A stretch of 64,000 nucleotides of DNA from Minisyncoccota bacterium (lineage in GTDB: Bacteria > Patescibacteriota > Minisyncoccia > Phycocordibacterales > UBA9973), in contig JBAYHY010000002.1 in the NCBI GenBank assembly GCA_041665885.1, positions 19,129-83,128 on the forward strand, written 5' to 3'. Positions 63,638 through 64,000 of the stretch are shown in pieces; the first letter of the stretch is position 1; each line of letters starts with the position of its first letter. The notes beneath the pieces were generated by a model. The model ran no database searches and was not told the DNA's origin. It saw only the letters and a list, made by a program, of their open reading frames with translations. Both the position numbers and the translations under genes were made by a program.

Positions 63638-63679
63638 TAAAAAACATACTAAAAAATTGTTAGTAATTTTTAATTATTT

Positions 63680-64000
63680 ATGAGTTTTGCCAAAGTCTAT
63701 TCTGCACAAGTTAATCTACTTAGTGGGGTGATCGTGACGATTGAGGTGGACCTTTCCAGGGGGCTCCATTCTTTTAATATTGTCGGTCTTCCGGACAAGG
63801 CGGTGGATGAATCCAAAGACAGAGTAAGCGGAGCGATAAAAAATTCCGGTTTTCAATCTCCAAAAGCAAAAAATCAGAAAATAATTGTTTCTCTTTCGCC
63901 AGCTGACCTAAAAAAAGAGGGGCCGTTTTTTGATTTAGCCATTGCGCTCGCGTACATGCTCGCGGCGGGGGACATCAAATTCAATTCCGAGAAAAAAATA
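63680..64000 (+). CDS. comM: YifB/ComM-family Mg-chelatase-like ATPase (N-terminal part; continues beyond the window)
   Basis: MSFAKVYSAQVNLLSGVIVTIEVDLSRGLHSFNIVGLPDKAVDESKDRVSGAIKNSGF matches the ComM N-terminal Lon-protease-like domain. Confidence 0.75.
   Translation, partial: MSFAKVYSAQVNLLSGVIVTIEVDLSRGLHSFNIVGLPDKAVDESKDRVSGAIKNSGFQSPKAKNQKIIVSLSPADLKKEGPFFDLAIALAYMLAAGDIKFNSEKKI

Overview
This 64 kb window is a low-GC chromosomal segment, most consistent with a reduced-genome Candidate Phyla Radiation (Patescibacteria) bacterium; that placement is inferred from gene content and architecture, not from any search. The replication-origin neighbourhood is present: dnaN and dnaA run leftward, and rpmH-rnpA-yidD-yidC-jag run rightward from the same region. 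A block of DNA repair and recombination genes is also here: uvrB, polA, ruvB, yebC, ruvC, a UvrD/PcrA helicase, xth and a xerC-like recombinase. Other housekeeping genes include tyrS, a class A penicillin-binding protein, rsmA, murI, rpsO, pnp, metK and cca, plus five tRNAs. Three things stand out:

1. **Type IV secretion-like operon (21.1-34.2 kb).** Ten co-directional minus-strand genes encode surface and membrane proteins, including homologues of VirB3/PrgI, VirB4 (split into two ORFs), VirB6 and a VirB1-like lytic transglycosylase, with peptidoglycan-binding proteins. No VirD4 coupling protein or relaxase is in the window.
2. **Short palindromic repeat elements inserted in frame into conserved genes.** Several families of MITE-like elements (like Rickettsia palindromic elements) sit inside uvrB, the UvrD/PcrA helicase (three copies), metK, the 5' end of murI and the 3' end of cca, with further intergenic copies.
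3. **A conserved ~75 bp inverted-repeat leader.** It ends exactly at the start codon of three small nucleic-acid-related genes: DUF721/DciA-like, YraN-like and DksA-like.

Other notable points:
- A GC-rich, probably foreign two-gene island lies at 45.9-47.1 kb.
- A GC-richer small gene with a strong SD and its own terminator lies at 10318..10500.
- Four perfect TTATCCACA DnaA boxes occur outside the origin, all on the + strand.
- At least four genes have a -10 box within 10 nt of the start codon, i.e. leaderless architecture.
- gspE/pilB and rpmH carry single-nucleotide frameshifts. A third probable frameshift lies in the leftmost ORF at an A6 run. Together these suggest homopolymer indel errors in the assembly.

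No rRNA genes or CRISPR arrays were found.
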